Shown: positions 27,812 to 38,023 of the stretch, piece after piece
Position numbering within the stretch: position 1 is the first letter of the stretch
Layout: each line of letters starts with the position of its first letter
From: Opitutia bacterium
Lineage (GTDB): Bacteria; Verrucomicrobiota; Verrucomicrobiia; Opitutales; T3Sed10-336
Assembly: GCA_050506795.1 (NCBI GenBank)
Contig: JBJHCF010000010.1
Location: 32,001 to 96,000 of the forward strand
Direction of reading: 5' to 3'
Length of the DNA: 64,000 nt
The notes under the pieces: model-generated
The model's database searches: none
Seen by the model: only the letters and a program-made list of their open reading frames with translations
Told to the model about the DNA's origin: nothing
Translations under genes and position numbers: made by a program

Positions 27812-29674
27812 TCATCGATACACCACCAGCCACAACAGCACCACCCCGGCGAAAATCCAGTACACGTACCCGTGCAGGCTTCCGGTATGGGCGGATTTCA
27901 GCCCGTGACTCACCAGGCCGATGAGACCGGCCGTCCCGCGGACGATCAGGCCGGAAATTAAAACGTGATCGATAAAATCGAGCAGCGCCGAAAACCGCTG
28001 CTGAACTTTGGTCACATACCAGTTGTAAGCCTCGTCGAACCAGAACTTCGCCGACAGGAATCTGTGAACGGCCGGCGCCCGGCGCTCAAGTTGATCCTCG
28101 CCGGCGCCAACTCCGTACAGGAACCAGGCCGCCACCAGACCACCGGCGAACACCAGCACGGAGATTCCGGCCACCAGCAGGAAATCGCCGCCGGCGGGAT
28201 GCGGAACCTCGTTCAGAATGCCGTCGAAGATCGGCGGGTGCATGAAGCCGTATCCGGCAAAAACGGAAAAGACCGCCAACACCACCAGCGGACCGGTCAT
28301 CACCCATCCGTTTTCCCTGGCGTGACCGGCGGCCTCCGTTTTGGGTTTGCCGAAGAAAGCGGTGAGCCAAAGCCGGGTCATGTAAAAGGCGGTCAGCAGG
28401 GCGCTGAATGCCAGGATGACAAATATCACCGGATTGTTGGCCAGGGCCAGGTACAGGATGGCATCCTTGCTGAAGAAACCGGCCAGCCCGGGCATTCCGA
28501 TCAAGGCCAGGAATCCGATGGTGAAGGCGGCGAAGGTAATGGGCATGCTTTTGCGCAAGCCGCCCAGACGATAGATATTCTGCTCGTGGTGGCAGGCGTG
28601 GATCACCGATCCGGCCCCGAGGAAGAGCAGCGCCTTGAAGAACCCGTGGGTCACCAGGTGAAACATGGCCGCTCCGATGCCCGCCTGGATGGCGGCGCCG
28701 CCTTCACCGTCGACAACCAGGGCTCCCAGCCCAAACGCCGCCACCATGTAGCCGAGCTGCGAAATGGTGGAATAGGCGAGGATCTTCTTGATATCGGTCT
28801 GCGCGATGGCGCAAAGCGATCCGAACACCGCGGTCAGGGTGCCGATCCAGAGAATCCAGATCATGGCCTCCGGCGGAATGAGGAAATAAATGCGGCAGAG
28901 CAGATAAATCCCGGCCGCCACCATGGTGGCGGCGTGGATCAGAGCGGACACCGGCGTCGGGCCCTCCATGGCGTCCGGGAGCCAGACGTGGAGTGGCAAC
29001 TGCCCCGATTTCCCCAGGGCGCTGCAGAAAAGGAGCAATCCGATCCCCACGTGCAGGATTTCCGGATCCGCGCCCACCAGCGCCTCCATTTCGAAGAGGT
29101 TGAGGGTGCCGAAATGCCAGTAACTCCAAATGATGCCCAGGAGGAAGCCGAAATCACCCAGGCGATTGACGATGAACGCCTTTTTCGCGGCTGCGGCCGC
29201 CGAGGGTTTGTGGTAGTAGTGGTTGATCAGCAGGAAGGAGCTCAATCCCACCAACTCCCAGAAAATGAACATCATGATCAGGTTGTTGGCGAAAACGATA
29301 CCCATCATGGAGAACATGAAGAGCGAAAGGCCGGCGAAATAACGCGCCTTGCCCGGATCGTCCTTCATGTAACCCAGGCTGAAAACGTGGATCAGGAAAC
29401 CGACCAGGGCCACGACAAAAAGCAGCAGCGCCGCGAGGTCGTTGAAATAAAACCCCATGGAGACGGTGTACTCCCCGAAGGTCATCCAGTCGTAGGAAAA
29501 CTCCTCCCGGATGTTTCCAAAAATCAGATACAACGAACCCGCCAGCACCACTCCGGCCGCCCCGACGGAGACCGCTGCGGCCAGTTCGCCCTGCCGGCGC
29601 AGAAAGGCGCCGATTAAGGTCGCCGAAAGAAATGGCACGATCAGTAGAGAGACGATCAAAACCTCGTTGCTCAT
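27812..29674 (-). CDS. nuoL: NADH-quinone oxidoreductase subunit L (set 1)
   Basis: WELVGLSSFLLI, KAFIVNR.GD, GKSGQLPLHVWLPDAMEGPTPVSALIHAATMV, KKILAYSTISQLGYM. Confidence 0.95.
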   Translation of the reverse strand: MSNEVLIVSLLIVPFLSATLIGAFLRRQGELAAAVSVGAAGVVLAGSLYLIFGNIREEFSYDWMTFGEYTVSMGFYFNDLAALLLFVVALVGFLIHVFSLGYMKDDPGKARYFAGLSLFMFSMMGIVFANNLIMMFIFWELVGLSSFLLINHYYHKPSAAAAAKKAFIVNRLGDFGFLLGIIWSYWHFGTLNLFEMEALVGADPEILHVGIGLLLFCSALGKSGQLPLHVWLPDAMEGPTPVSALIHAATMVAAGIYLLCRIYFLIPPEAMIWILWIGTLTAVFGSLCAIAQTDIKKILAYSTISQLGYMVAAFGLGALVVDGEGGAAIQAGIGAAMFHLVTHGFFKALLFLGAGSVIHACHHEQNIYRLGGLRKSMPITFAAFTIGFLALIGMPGLAGFFSKDAILYLALANNPVIFVILAFSALLTAFYMTRLWLTAFFGKPKTEAAGHARENGWVMTGPLVVLAVFSVFAGYGFMHPPIFDGILNEVPHPAGGDFLLVAGISVLVFAGGLVAAWFLYGVGAGEDQLERRAPAVHRFLSAKFWFDEAYNWYVTKVQQRFSALLDFIDHVLISGLIVRGTAGLIGLVSHGLKSAHTGSLHGYVYWIFAGVVLLWLVVYR

Positions 29675-29675
29675 G

Positions 29676-29981
29676 TCAGTGCTTCAATGCGTTCAGCGCC
29701 GGAAGCAGCACGGTATGACGCTTCCGAAAGAGTTCCACGATGATGGCCAGTCCCACCGCCACTTCCGCGGCGGCCACCGTGATGATGAAAAAGACGAAGA
29801 TGTTGCCGTCCATGGTGCCGTTGAACCGGGAGAACGCCACCAGGGCCAGGGTGACGGCGTTGAGCATCAACTCCAGGCACATGTACACCACCAGCGTGTT
29901 CCGCCGCAGCAACACCCCGAAAAACCCAATGGCGAACAGCAGCACACTGGTCGCCAAAAATCCTTCTACCCCGATGTTCAT
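29676..29981 (-). CDS. nuoK: NADH-quinone oxidoreductase subunit K (set 1)
   Basis: RRN.L...[21 protein letters not shown]. Confidence 0.95.
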   Translation of the reverse strand: MNIGVEGFLATSVLLFAIGFFGVLLRRNTLVVYMCLELMLNAVTLALVAFSRFNGTMDGNIFVFFIITVAAAEVAVGLAIIVELFRKRHTVLLPALNALKH

Positions 29982-30020
29982 TGGATAATAAGCCTTCCGG
30001 CGGACTTTAGTCCCGCCCGC

Positions 30021-30566
30021 TCAGGAATGCCCTGGCGCCCCCTCGCCATGGCGGTAGCGCTTGCTGATCAGGATAACCCCGACCATGGCCACCAGCAGTA
30101 AAAACCCCGTCACCTGAAAAGGCAGCATGTAGGTTGTAAAGAGATGATGCCCATACTCAGCAGGCGCCGTTCCCACCGTCGGCGGAGTCTCGAGTGTCGG
30201 ACGCACGGGCGGCGCCGGCAGCACAATCTCCGGAGACAGAGCGATGGAGAAAACCCCCGCCAGCAGGAGGAGCAATGCGATCACGCTGGCGGTAGAGGTC
30301 ACGCGCCCGGGCGTGATGCTGGTTTTCTCCTCATGATCGAGCAGCATAATCACAAAAAGGAAAACGACCACGACCGCTCCCGCGTACACCAGCACCTGCA
30401 CCACGGCGAGAAAAAAGGCCGAGAGCATGACAAAGAGCGAGGCGATCCCCACCATGGTCACAATGAGGAACATGGCGGCGTTGATCGCGTTCCGGGTGAG
30501 CACGACCATGGCCGCGCTGAAAAGCGTCACACTCGCGAAAAAATAAAACAACACATCCACCATCAT
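30021..30566 (-). CDS. nuoJ: NADH-quinone oxidoreductase subunit J (set 1)
   Basis: AFFLAVVQVLVYAGAVVVVFLFVIMLL, PFQ....LLLVAMVG. Confidence 0.93.
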   Translation of the reverse strand: MMVDVLFYFFASVTLFSAAMVVLTRNAINAAMFLIVTMVGIASLFVMLSAFFLAVVQVLVYAGAVVVVFLFVIMLLDHEEKTSITPGRVTSTASVIALLLLLAGVFSIALSPEIVLPAPPVRPTLETPPTVGTAPAEYGHHLFTTYMLPFQVTGFLLLVAMVGVILISKRYRHGEGAPGHS

Positions 30567-30663
30567 GGAACCTCCCAAAACAGTCGACACCCCCACAGGT
30601 TGGCAACGACAAATTTCCTTCATTTGACACCGGAGGCGGTATTCGTTTGTTTGGCGGCGCACG

Positions 30664-32085
30664 ATGGCCAACGCGAGCGACCACACTTCCACCCCCTCCT
30701 CCCTCCTTTCGCCGGAGGACTGTCACCGGTCGTTCATGGCTTCGCGCCGGCCGCACATTCTGCAGATCACCAATCACGGCATTCACGATTGGATGGTGAC
30801 CCCCGGCCTGCCGGACACAGGGGGCCAGAACCTGTTCGTCAACCAGATGACCGATTCCCTGGTGGGACTCGGTTACCGGGTCACCATCGCCAACCGCGGC
30901 GGTTACCCGCATCCCCTGACCGGCCGGAGCCGCCGGGGATTGGAGTATCGGGATCCCCATTGCCGGATCGTGATGTTGGAAGACGGCCTTCCCCGCTTCA
31001 TTCGCAAGGAGGATATGTACGCGCAAGTCCCCGAGCTGGCGGAATTCCTGCTCAAATTCCTCTCCCGGGAAAAGACCTGGCCCGACCTGATCGTGTCGCA
31101 TTACTGGGATGCCGCCGCCATTGGAGCCGCCTTCAATCGTCACCTGCGCGACAGACGCGAACATTTCTGGATCCCCCACTCCCTCGGCGCGGTGAAGAAG
31201 CGCAACATGGATCCGTCGACCTGGATCGAACTGCGCCTGGAGGAACGCATCGAAATCGAGAGCGACCTGCTGGAGGATCTTGACGGGGTGGCGGCGACCT
31301 CCAACACCATCCGCAAGTCGCTGTTCGAAGACTATGGGTGCGCCACCGATCTTTTCCTCCCGCCCTGCGTGGAAACCGGCCGCTTTTATCCGCGACAGGT
31401 CGCGGACGACGATCCGATCTGGACCTTTCTCGCCGACCACTCCGCGCTTTCCGTCGAGGAGCTGCGGCGCTCCCGCATCGTGACGGAGATCAGCCGCACC
31501 GACCGCACCAAGCGTAAAGACCTCCTGATCCGTGCCTTCGCCACGATGCTGCAGGAAATCGAGGACGCGGTGCTCGTCCTGACGGTCGACCCAAACGCCC
31601 AACCGCTTTCCGGGGAACTCGACAGTCTGGCCGAAAGCCTCAACGTCAAGCACCGTATCATCCGCTTGGGATTCGTCCGCGAGCGCCTCCCCAGCCTGTA
31701 CGCCGTCAGCCAGGTGTACTGCACTCCCTCGGTGATGGAGGGATTCGGCATGTCGGTGCAGGAAGCCGCCGCCAGCGGCGTGCCGGCCGTAACCAGCGAC
31801 CTGGTGCCCTTCGCGGTGGAATATCTCCTGGGTGACGCGGTCCGGGTGGTGGAAGGCACCGAACAAAAACCCCGCATTCGCGAGGGGGCGGGCGCCATCG
31901 TGGTGGAGGCCAACCACACCGAAGCCTTTGCCCGCGCTCTAATCCGGATTTTGGGCGACGACGAACGCCGGCAGCGCATGGGCGCCGCCGCGCGCGAGAT
32001 CACCGTTCCGCACTTCACCTGGGACCACATGATGGCGAAGTTTACCGCCGCCGCGGGATTCGATCCCGGACGACCACTATCCTGA
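30664..32085 (+). CDS. GT4 glycosyltransferase, sucrose-/mannosylfructose-phosphate-synthase-like
   Basis: HG...PDTGGQ, SHYWDA, HSLG..K, SR.D..K, EGFGMSVQEAAASG (EX7E). Start may be 30736. Confidence 0.8.
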   Translation: MANASDHTSTPSSLLSPEDCHRSFMASRRPHILQITNHGIHDWMVTPGLPDTGGQNLFVNQMTDSLVGLGYRVTIANRGGYPHPLTGRSRRGLEYRDPHCRIVMLEDGLPRFIRKEDMYAQVPELAEFLLKFLSREKTWPDLIVSHYWDAAAIGAAFNRHLRDRREHFWIPHSLGAVKKRNMDPSTWIELRLEERIEIESDLLEDLDGVAATSNTIRKSLFEDYGCATDLFLPPCVETGRFYPRQVADDDPIWTFLADHSALSVEELRRSRIVTEISRTDRTKRKDLLIRAFATMLQEIEDAVLVLTVDPNAQPLSGELDSLAESLNVKHRIIRLGFVRERLPSLYAVSQVYCTPSVMEGFGMSVQEAAASGVPAVTSDLVPFAVEYLLGDAVRVVEGTEQKPRIREGAGAIVVEANHTEAFARALIRILGDDERRQRMGAAAREITVPHFTWDHMMAKFTAAAGFDPGRPLS

Positions 32086-32101
32086 ACCGCAATTCAAGAC
32101 C

Positions 32102-32950
32102 ATGAACATCACCCTGGCCACCGATCTCGACCGCACCCTCTTTCCCAACGGCAAACAACCCGACGATGGAATGATGCCGGTCTTCCGGCGTTTCATCGAA
32201 GAGCGCCGGATCCCCCTGATATTCGTCACCGGACGCCACCTCCGTCAGATTGAGGACGGCATCCGCCAGTACGGTGCCCCCGTACCCGACTACGCCATCG
32301 CCGAAGTGGGCACGCGTTTGTACCACCGGCGGAAAGGGGAACTCGAGGAGGACGACGTCTTCATTCAATACATCGCCGACCATACCCGGAATTGGGACGT
32401 GACGGCTTTTCGGCAGGCCCTGGATTCTCTGCCTCTGCGTCTGCAGGCGGAGGAGCATCAGAACCGGTTTAAACTCAGTTATTATCTCGACGACCTGTCC
32501 CGGGCAGAAGCCGTGCGCCGAGAGGCCGCGGAATGCCTCGATGCCCTCACGCCGGACGCCAATTTGATCTGGAGCGTCGATGAAACCGAGAACCTCGGGT
32601 TGCTCGACGTGCTGCCTCGCCGCGCGAACAAGATGGAAGCCGTGGAGTACCTGCGGCGCCGCCTGGACCTGCCCCGGGAGGAAATCATCTACTGCGGCGA
32701 CAGCGGCAACGATCTCCATCCCCTCACCCATGGCTACCGGGCGGTGCTGGTGGCCAACGCCATCGATGAGGTGCGCACCGAGGTCGAGCGCGCCGCCCGG
32801 GAAAAGGGTTTCCTCGACCGAACCTATTTCGCCGCCGGCGATGCCGAGGCCGGGTTGAATGGCAATTACGTTTCCGGCGTTCTGGAAGGTCTGCGCCACT
32901 TCGAGTTGATTTCGCCGGAGGAATGGAGTCGCTGGACCCGTTCGGGATGA
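32102..32950 (+). CDS. HAD subfamily IIB phosphatase, sucrose-phosphatase-like
   Basis: LATDLDRTL, VTGR, KLSYY, LDVLP..A.K, GDSGND. Confidence 0.85.
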   Translation: MNITLATDLDRTLFPNGKQPDDGMMPVFRRFIEERRIPLIFVTGRHLRQIEDGIRQYGAPVPDYAIAEVGTRLYHRRKGELEEDDVFIQYIADHTRNWDVTAFRQALDSLPLRLQAEEHQNRFKLSYYLDDLSRAEAVRREAAECLDALTPDANLIWSVDETENLGLLDVLPRRANKMEAVEYLRRRLDLPREEIIYCGDSGNDLHPLTHGYRAVLVANAIDEVRTEVERAAREKGFLDRTYFAAGDAEAGLNGNYVSGVLEGLRHFELISPEEWSRWTRSG

Positions 32951-32983
32951 GGGTCAAGAAGCCGATCCGGCCACCCGGATTCC

Positions 32984-33628
32984 CTACCGGACGGGACTAA
33001 CGGTTTGCAGGATAAACTCGGCCACCTCCGGTTTGGGGGCCGGACCGAAGGAAAATTCGGCGCCGTCACGGGAGAAGATTCGCACCGCATTGGTGTCGGA
33101 CTCCATGCCGGAGTCGGGACGACTCACGTCGTTGGCCACAATCCAGTCGAGGTGCTTTTCCCGCAATTTCACCCGGGCATACTCCTCCACCCGGTCGGTT
33201 TCGGCGGCAAAACCCACACAGATCCGGTGCCTTTTCTCAGCCGCCAGAGCTTTGACGATGTCGGTGGCCGGTTCCAGGCGCAAGGTGAGCGCTTCCCCGC
33301 CCTTTTTCAGTTTCCGCGGCGCGATTTCCGCCGGGCGGTAGTCCGCCACCGCCGCGCACATAATCAGCATATCGCATTGGGGAAACAACCGGCGACAGGC
33401 CGCTTCCATTTCGGCGCCGGACACCACCGGATGAAAACGCGCTTTGGCGGGAGGCGGCAGGCAAACCGGACCACTGACCAGGTCGACGTCCCAACCGCGG
33501 CGCAAACCCGAATCGGCCAGGGAGTACCCCATTTTGCCGCTGGAGGCGTTGCTCAGGAAACGCACCGGATCCAGGTATTCGCGGGTGGGTCCGGCGGTGA
33601 TGAGACAGGTGAAATGACTTGCGTTCAT
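32984..33628 (-). CDS. coaB: Phosphopantothenate-cysteine ligase (stand-alone CoaB domain)
   Basis: LITAGPTREYLDPVRFLSN.SSGKMG, AAVADYRP, VGFAAET, IVANDV; no CoaC domain. Confidence 0.9.
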   Translation of the reverse strand: MNASHFTCLITAGPTREYLDPVRFLSNASSGKMGYSLADSGLRRGWDVDLVSGPVCLPPPAKARFHPVVSGAEMEAACRRLFPQCDMLIMCAAVADYRPAEIAPRKLKKGGEALTLRLEPATDIVKALAAEKRHRICVGFAAETDRVEEYARVKLREKHLDWIVANDVSRPDSGMESDTNAVRIFSRDGAEFSFGPAPKPEVAEFILQTVSPVR

Positions 33629-33698
33629 TGCATTCGGTTCAAGGCTGGACGACATTTTCCGGCATAATGACCGGAAACCTGCCAATCCAGAGAGAACC

Positions 33699-34421
33699 GT
33701 GACGGAAAAACAAGCGCCAAACACGCCCAAAAGGGAAAACACCTGGCTGAGCCTGGGACTGAACATCCTGCTGCCGGCCCTGATCCTGATGAAAGGCGCC
33801 CAGTGGTTCGGCCTGCCGCCGGCCTCCATCCTGGTGATCGCACTGGCGTTTCCCATCGGTTACGGCTGCTACGACTTCGTCATTCGCCGCAAATACAACG
33901 TGTTCTCCATTATCGGCTTCGTCAGCATTCTCCTGACCGGCGGAATCGGCCTGCTGGAGCTGTCACCGCGCTGGATAGCGGTGAAGGAGGCGGGAATCCC
34001 GGCTCTTTTGGGGGTCGCGGTGATCATTTCCTTAAAGACCCGCTATCCGATCATCAAATTTCTGCTCCTGCGCGACGAGTTCATCGACGTCGACCGGCTC
34101 AACCGGGAACTGGAGGCCCGCAACAACCAGACCGCCTTCGACAAACTCCTGGGCCGGTGCACCTACCTGCTGGCCTTTTCCTTCCTGGTCAGCGCCATCC
34201 TCAACTACGTCCTCGCCCGCATGATCGTGGTCAGTCCCAGCGGCACCGAAGCCTTCAACGACGAACTCGGACGTATGACCCTTTGGAGCATGCTGGTAAT
34301 CGTTGTCCCCTGCATGATCATCATGATGGTGGCGTTGTTTTACTTGTTTCGCGGCATCAAAGACCTCACCGGACTCGAACTGGAAGTCCTCCTGCGGGAT
34401 GCGCAAAAAGGCGGGGCGTAA
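33699..34421 (+). CDS. Conserved inner-membrane protein (VC0807-like)
   Basis: NILLP.LIL, ALAFP..YG, W.AVKEA.IP, SA.LNY.LA..IV.SP.GT.AFN.ELG. Confidence 0.75.
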   Translation: MTEKQAPNTPKRENTWLSLGLNILLPALILMKGAQWFGLPPASILVIALAFPIGYGCYDFVIRRKYNVFSIIGFVSILLTGGIGLLELSPRWIAVKEAGIPALLGVAVIISLKTRYPIIKFLLLRDEFIDVDRLNRELEARNNQTAFDKLLGRCTYLLAFSFLVSAILNYVLARMIVVSPSGTEAFNDELGRMTLWSMLVIVVPCMIIMMVALFYLFRGIKDLTGLELEVLLRDAQKGGA

Positions 34422-34644
34422 TGGGCTGCGCCCCTCCACGCCATCGTTGCAACAATGTGCAGGAATTTGGAGTCTGCGTCGCCGCCTGGCGCCGGAGCCG
34501 GGCGGGACCAACCGGCCAGGAGGATATAACTTACTGTAAGAGAGAAATTTTTGCTACCAATCCTCACTCCGTTATGCCTGGGAATTTCGCGGATTCCCGC
34601 AATTTAACCCCACTCCAACCTTCCTGATATCGGTTGCCAAGTAA

Positions 34645-34677
34645 TTGACATGATAGCGTCCTATCGTAACGTTCACA
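34645..34677 (+). promoter_or_regulatory. Sigma70 promoter overlapped by operator-like palindromes
   Basis: TTGACA-N16-TAACGT; GATAG-CGTC-CTATC in the spacer and GTAACGTTCAC over the -10. Confidence 0.5.
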
Positions 34678-34840
34678 TCAGCTTGGGTCACCTTGTAAGT
34701 GCATTTCCTCTTTCAACTTACTTTCACCCACACACTCAGATTTCCTGTCAGCAACCACCGGCACCCGTGGCAACTTTTTGGGCATCACCACATCGGAACC
34801 CGAAACTCACACTCCAGACAACCAGCTAATCCCGAACACC

Positions 34841-35611
34841 ATGAAAAAAGACATCGCACCAAAAGCGGCGTTCACCTTGATTGAGCTTCTCACCGTTATC
34901 GCGATTATAGGAATCCTCGCGGCCATCCTGATTCCGACGGTCACCAAGGTCCGCGAAAACGCCCGCCGCGCCAATTGTGTCAGCAACCTGCGCCAGATTG
35001 GGATCGCCTCCCACCTCTACGGCGCCGAAAACGACGGTCGCCTGCCCGCGATAAACAACGGGAACTGGCCCTGGGACGTGCCCGTCTCGGTCATGCACGC
35101 TTTGATCCAGACCGGCGGCGGGGAACGGGACATGTTCTACTGCCCCAGCGCCATGAACACTAACGTTCAGGAGCGCTGGAATTGGACGGTTAATCCTAAC
35201 AATCCCGACGTCAGTAATCAGTACCGCGTCACCGGCTACGTCCTGCTCTTCGCCGGCTCCGCCGGCCGGGGTATCAACGATACCGGTCGTTGGCTCAACA
35301 GCAAACTGGGAGAACCGGGTCCGGTGATGGTCACCCAGGGTCGCCAACAGGGGTGGACCTACCTGTCCGAAAGCCAGAAGGAACTGGCGGTGGATGTCGT
35401 GATTTCCCAGGACACCGCGGGCACCCAGTTTGTGGACGTCGTGGGAACCGCCGGTGTGCCCCACCGCACGAGTCACCTCGACGGCACGCTCGCCGCCGGC
35501 GGAAACATCGTGTTTCTCGACGCACATGTCGCCTGGCGCCCGTTCAATGGCGACGACACCCAGCCGAGAATGCAGGTCCGCGCCAGTCCCCTGACGCATT
35601 TCTGGTGGTAA
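34841..35611 (+). CDS. Prepilin-type N-terminal cleavage/methylation protein with H-X9-DG-type C-terminus (DUF1559-like)
   Basis: [44 protein letters not shown]...[11 protein letters not shown]. Confidence 0.9.
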   Translation: MKKDIAPKAAFTLIELLTVIAIIGILAAILIPTVTKVRENARRANCVSNLRQIGIASHLYGAENDGRLPAINNGNWPWDVPVSVMHALIQTGGGERDMFYCPSAMNTNVQERWNWTVNPNNPDVSNQYRVTGYVLLFAGSAGRGINDTGRWLNSKLGEPGPVMVTQGRQQGWTYLSESQKELAVDVVISQDTAGTQFVDVVGTAGVPHRTSHLDGTLAAGGNIVFLDAHVAWRPFNGDDTQPRMQVRASPLTHFWW

Positions 35612-35632
35612 GGCCAGGAGAACCTTGAACTT

Positions 35633-35670
35633 CAAAAGAGAGAATCCGCTCCGGCGGATTCTCTCTTTTG
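35633..35670. terminator. Intrinsic terminator (potentially bidirectional)
   Basis: Perfect 17-bp stem CAAAAGAGAGAATCCGC-TCCG-GCGGATTCTCTCTTTTG. Confidence 0.85.
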
Positions 35671-35731
35671 CTTTCAGGGCACCGTCATTTTGACATGGCC
35701 ATCGGCGGCTTGAACGCTATGCTGAGACGCC

Positions 35732-36727
35732 ATGAAAACCACCCATCTCGGAGCTTCCGGTCTCAAAGTTTCCCGTCTCTGCCTCGGCACCATGAATTTC
35801 GGCCCCCGCACGCCGGAGGACGAGAGTCATACCATCATGGACCGGGCGCTGGACAAGGGTATCAATTTTTTTGATACCGCCAACGTGTACGGCGGCGACT
35901 GCGGGAGGGGAGCCACGGAAGAAATCGTGGGTAACTGGATCGCCCGGGGCGAGGGCCGCCGGGACGCGATCGTGCTGGCGACCAAGGCCTATAGCATGAG
36001 CGGCACGAACAACGATCGCCCCGAGGTCAATCGCGACACGCGCGGTCTGTCGGCGATGAAAATCATCCGCGACTGTGAATCCAGCCTCAAACGCCTGCAA
36101 ACCGATCGCATCGACCTCTACCAGATGCATCACATCGATCGCGACTGCCCGGTGGAGGAAGTTTGGGAGGCCATGGACACTCTGCAAAAGCAGGGTAAAA
36201 TCATTTACGCCGGCTCCAGCAACTTCGCCGGCTGGGACGTGGCCACCTATTGCATGAAAGCCCGCGAACTCGGCAAGCAGGGGCTGGTCAGCGAACAAAG
36301 CGTCTACAATCTTCTCAATCGTCAGGTGGAACTGGAAGTCGTGCCCGCCTGCCGGCACTACGGGCTGGGAATTATCCCCTGGAGCCCGCTGGCCGGGGGC
36401 GTGCTGGGCGGCCCCGTCGGCGGGGACAGCAAAGACTCTCGCCGGGCCTCGGACGGCGCGCAGAGCACCCGCGCAAAACACGCCAAAGCACTCGAAGCCT
36501 ACGAAGCCCATTGCCGGGAAATCGGGCACTCGCCGGCCAACGTCGCCCTGGCATGGCTGCTGCACAATCCGGTGGTCACCGCGCCCATCATCGGACCTCG
36601 CACCGGGAAGCAACTCGACGAAACGCTGGTGGTTCCCGACATAGAACTATCGTCCGAAACGCTCCAAAAGCTGGACGAACTTTTTCCCGGCCCCGGCGGC
36701 GAAGCCCCGTGGGCCTACGCCTGGTAA
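35732..36727 (+). CDS. Aldo/keto reductase
   Basis: GLKVSRLCLGTMNFG, FFDTANVYG, LATK, SLKRLQTDRIDLYQ.H, PWSPLAGG.L. Confidence 0.94.
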   Translation: MKTTHLGASGLKVSRLCLGTMNFGPRTPEDESHTIMDRALDKGINFFDTANVYGGDCGRGATEEIVGNWIARGEGRRDAIVLATKAYSMSGTNNDRPEVNRDTRGLSAMKIIRDCESSLKRLQTDRIDLYQMHHIDRDCPVEEVWEAMDTLQKQGKIIYAGSSNFAGWDVATYCMKARELGKQGLVSEQSVYNLLNRQVELEVVPACRHYGLGIIPWSPLAGGVLGGPVGGDSKDSRRASDGAQSTRAKHAKALEAYEAHCREIGHSPANVALAWLLHNPVVTAPIIGPRTGKQLDETLVVPDIELSSETLQKLDELFPGPGGEAPWAYAW

Positions 36728-36948
36728 GGGCTCGTCGCACTCGTTTGCCTTTTTCTTCTTGTCACGAGCAACGCTTTCCCTATTAGTCTGTCCAACAGCA
36801 AAACCGAAACGTGCCTCACGCGTTCCCGATCAATTCGTTCATGATCATCTCAGGGTGGTTGTGAATTCTTTGGCGGCAGCCCCGCCAACCTACTGTTTTT
36901 TACTCTATCGATCCGACCTCAACCCGACCCGCATAGAAAGGAGACTTA

Positions 36949-37383
36949 ATGTCCGCCGCACCTTATTGGCCGTTCCTGATGTACACGGCCATGGTGTTTT
37001 CTCTCGCGGCGGCCATGATCATCATCTCCGCACTTTTCGGGCCCCGGCACCGGGAACGGGTCACGGGTGAGGTCTACGAATCCGGAGTGCCGCCGACCGG
37101 GTCGGCGCGACTGCGGCTGTCCATCAAGTTTTTCCTGATCGCCATCCTCTTTGTCATCTTCGACCTGGAGCTGGTATTTATTTTCGCCTGGGCGATCTCC
37201 ATTCACGAACTCGGCTGGCCGGGGTTCTGGGGAGTGCTGGTCTTTATCTTTATCCTGGCGGCCGCCCTGGTTTACGAGTGGCGCATGGGCAGCCTGGATT
37301 GGACGGAAAAGGCGGCGCAACGCCGCCTGCTGGAGCGGCGCGAGGCCATGGCACGCCGATGGAAGGAGGCGGAGGACGCATGA
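36949..37383 (+). CDS. nuoA: NADH-quinone oxidoreductase subunit A (set 2)
   Basis: [34 protein letters not shown]. Confidence 0.95.
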   Translation: MSAAPYWPFLMYTAMVFSLAAAMIIISALFGPRHRERVTGEVYESGVPPTGSARLRLSIKFFLIAILFVIFDLELVFIFAWAISIHELGWPGFWGVLVFIFILAAALVYEWRMGSLDWTEKAAQRRLLERREAMARRWKEAEDA

Positions 37384-38006
37384 AGGTTTCCATGACCAAA
37401 GCCGATGCCGGACCTCCCGAAACCCGCTTCGACGAAGTGGTCGGCAAGGTCCTCGCCATGGCGCGTATCCAGGATCTCATTGCCTGGGGACGCAGTTATT
37501 CACTGTGGCCTTTCAACTTCGGACTTTCCTGCTGCTTCGTCGAAATGGCCACCAGCGTGACCAGCAAATACGATGTCGCCCGCTTTGGCGCCGAGGTGCT
37601 GCGGGGTTCCCCGCGCCAGGCCGACGTCATGGTGGTGGCGGGAACCGTCTTTATGAAGATGGCGCCGGTCATCAAGCGCCTGCACGAGCAGATGATGGAG
37701 CCGCGGTGGGTGATCTCCATGGGCTCCTGCTCCAACTCCGGAGGCATGTACGATATCTACAGCGTTGTGCAGGGGGTGGACAAAATCCTTCCGGTCGACG
37801 TTTACGTGCCCGGCTGCCCGCCCCGGCCCGACGCCTTCATGCAGGGCATCGTCCTCCTGCACGAGGCGGTGGGCAAAGAAAAGCGCCCTCTCAACTGGTG
37901 GATCGGCCCGCAGGGCGTGGAAAAACCGGGACGCGATTCCCAGCGTGACATGAAAACCCACGAGCGTATGAAAATGGGATCGATCCGTCCCCCGACCGAA
38001 GTCTGA
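37380..38006 (+). CDS. nuoB: NADH-quinone oxidoreductase subunit B
   Basis: [36 protein letters not shown]. Confidence 0.96.
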   Translation: MKVSMTKADAGPPETRFDEVVGKVLAMARIQDLIAWGRSYSLWPFNFGLSCCFVEMATSVTSKYDVARFGAEVLRGSPRQADVMVVAGTVFMKMAPVIKRLHEQMMEPRWVISMGSCSNSGGMYDIYSVVQGVDKILPVDVYVPGCPPRPDAFMQGIVLLHEAVGKEKRPLNWWIGPQGVEKPGRDSQRDMKTHERMKMGSIRPPTEV

Positions 38007-38023
38007 ACGAACCTCCCAAACAC

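Noticed and set aside
24608..30566. Mrp Na+/H+ antiporter
   Set aside because: Order and motifs match nuoJKLMN; no MrpE/F/G or MrpB domain.
32984..33628. coaBC pseudogene
   Set aside because: The CoaB domain is intact with its own start; split coaB/coaC is a known arrangement.
36728..36948. Rex or FNR box upstream of nuoA
   Set aside because: Only half-sites (TTGTGAA, ATCAA) without matching partners.
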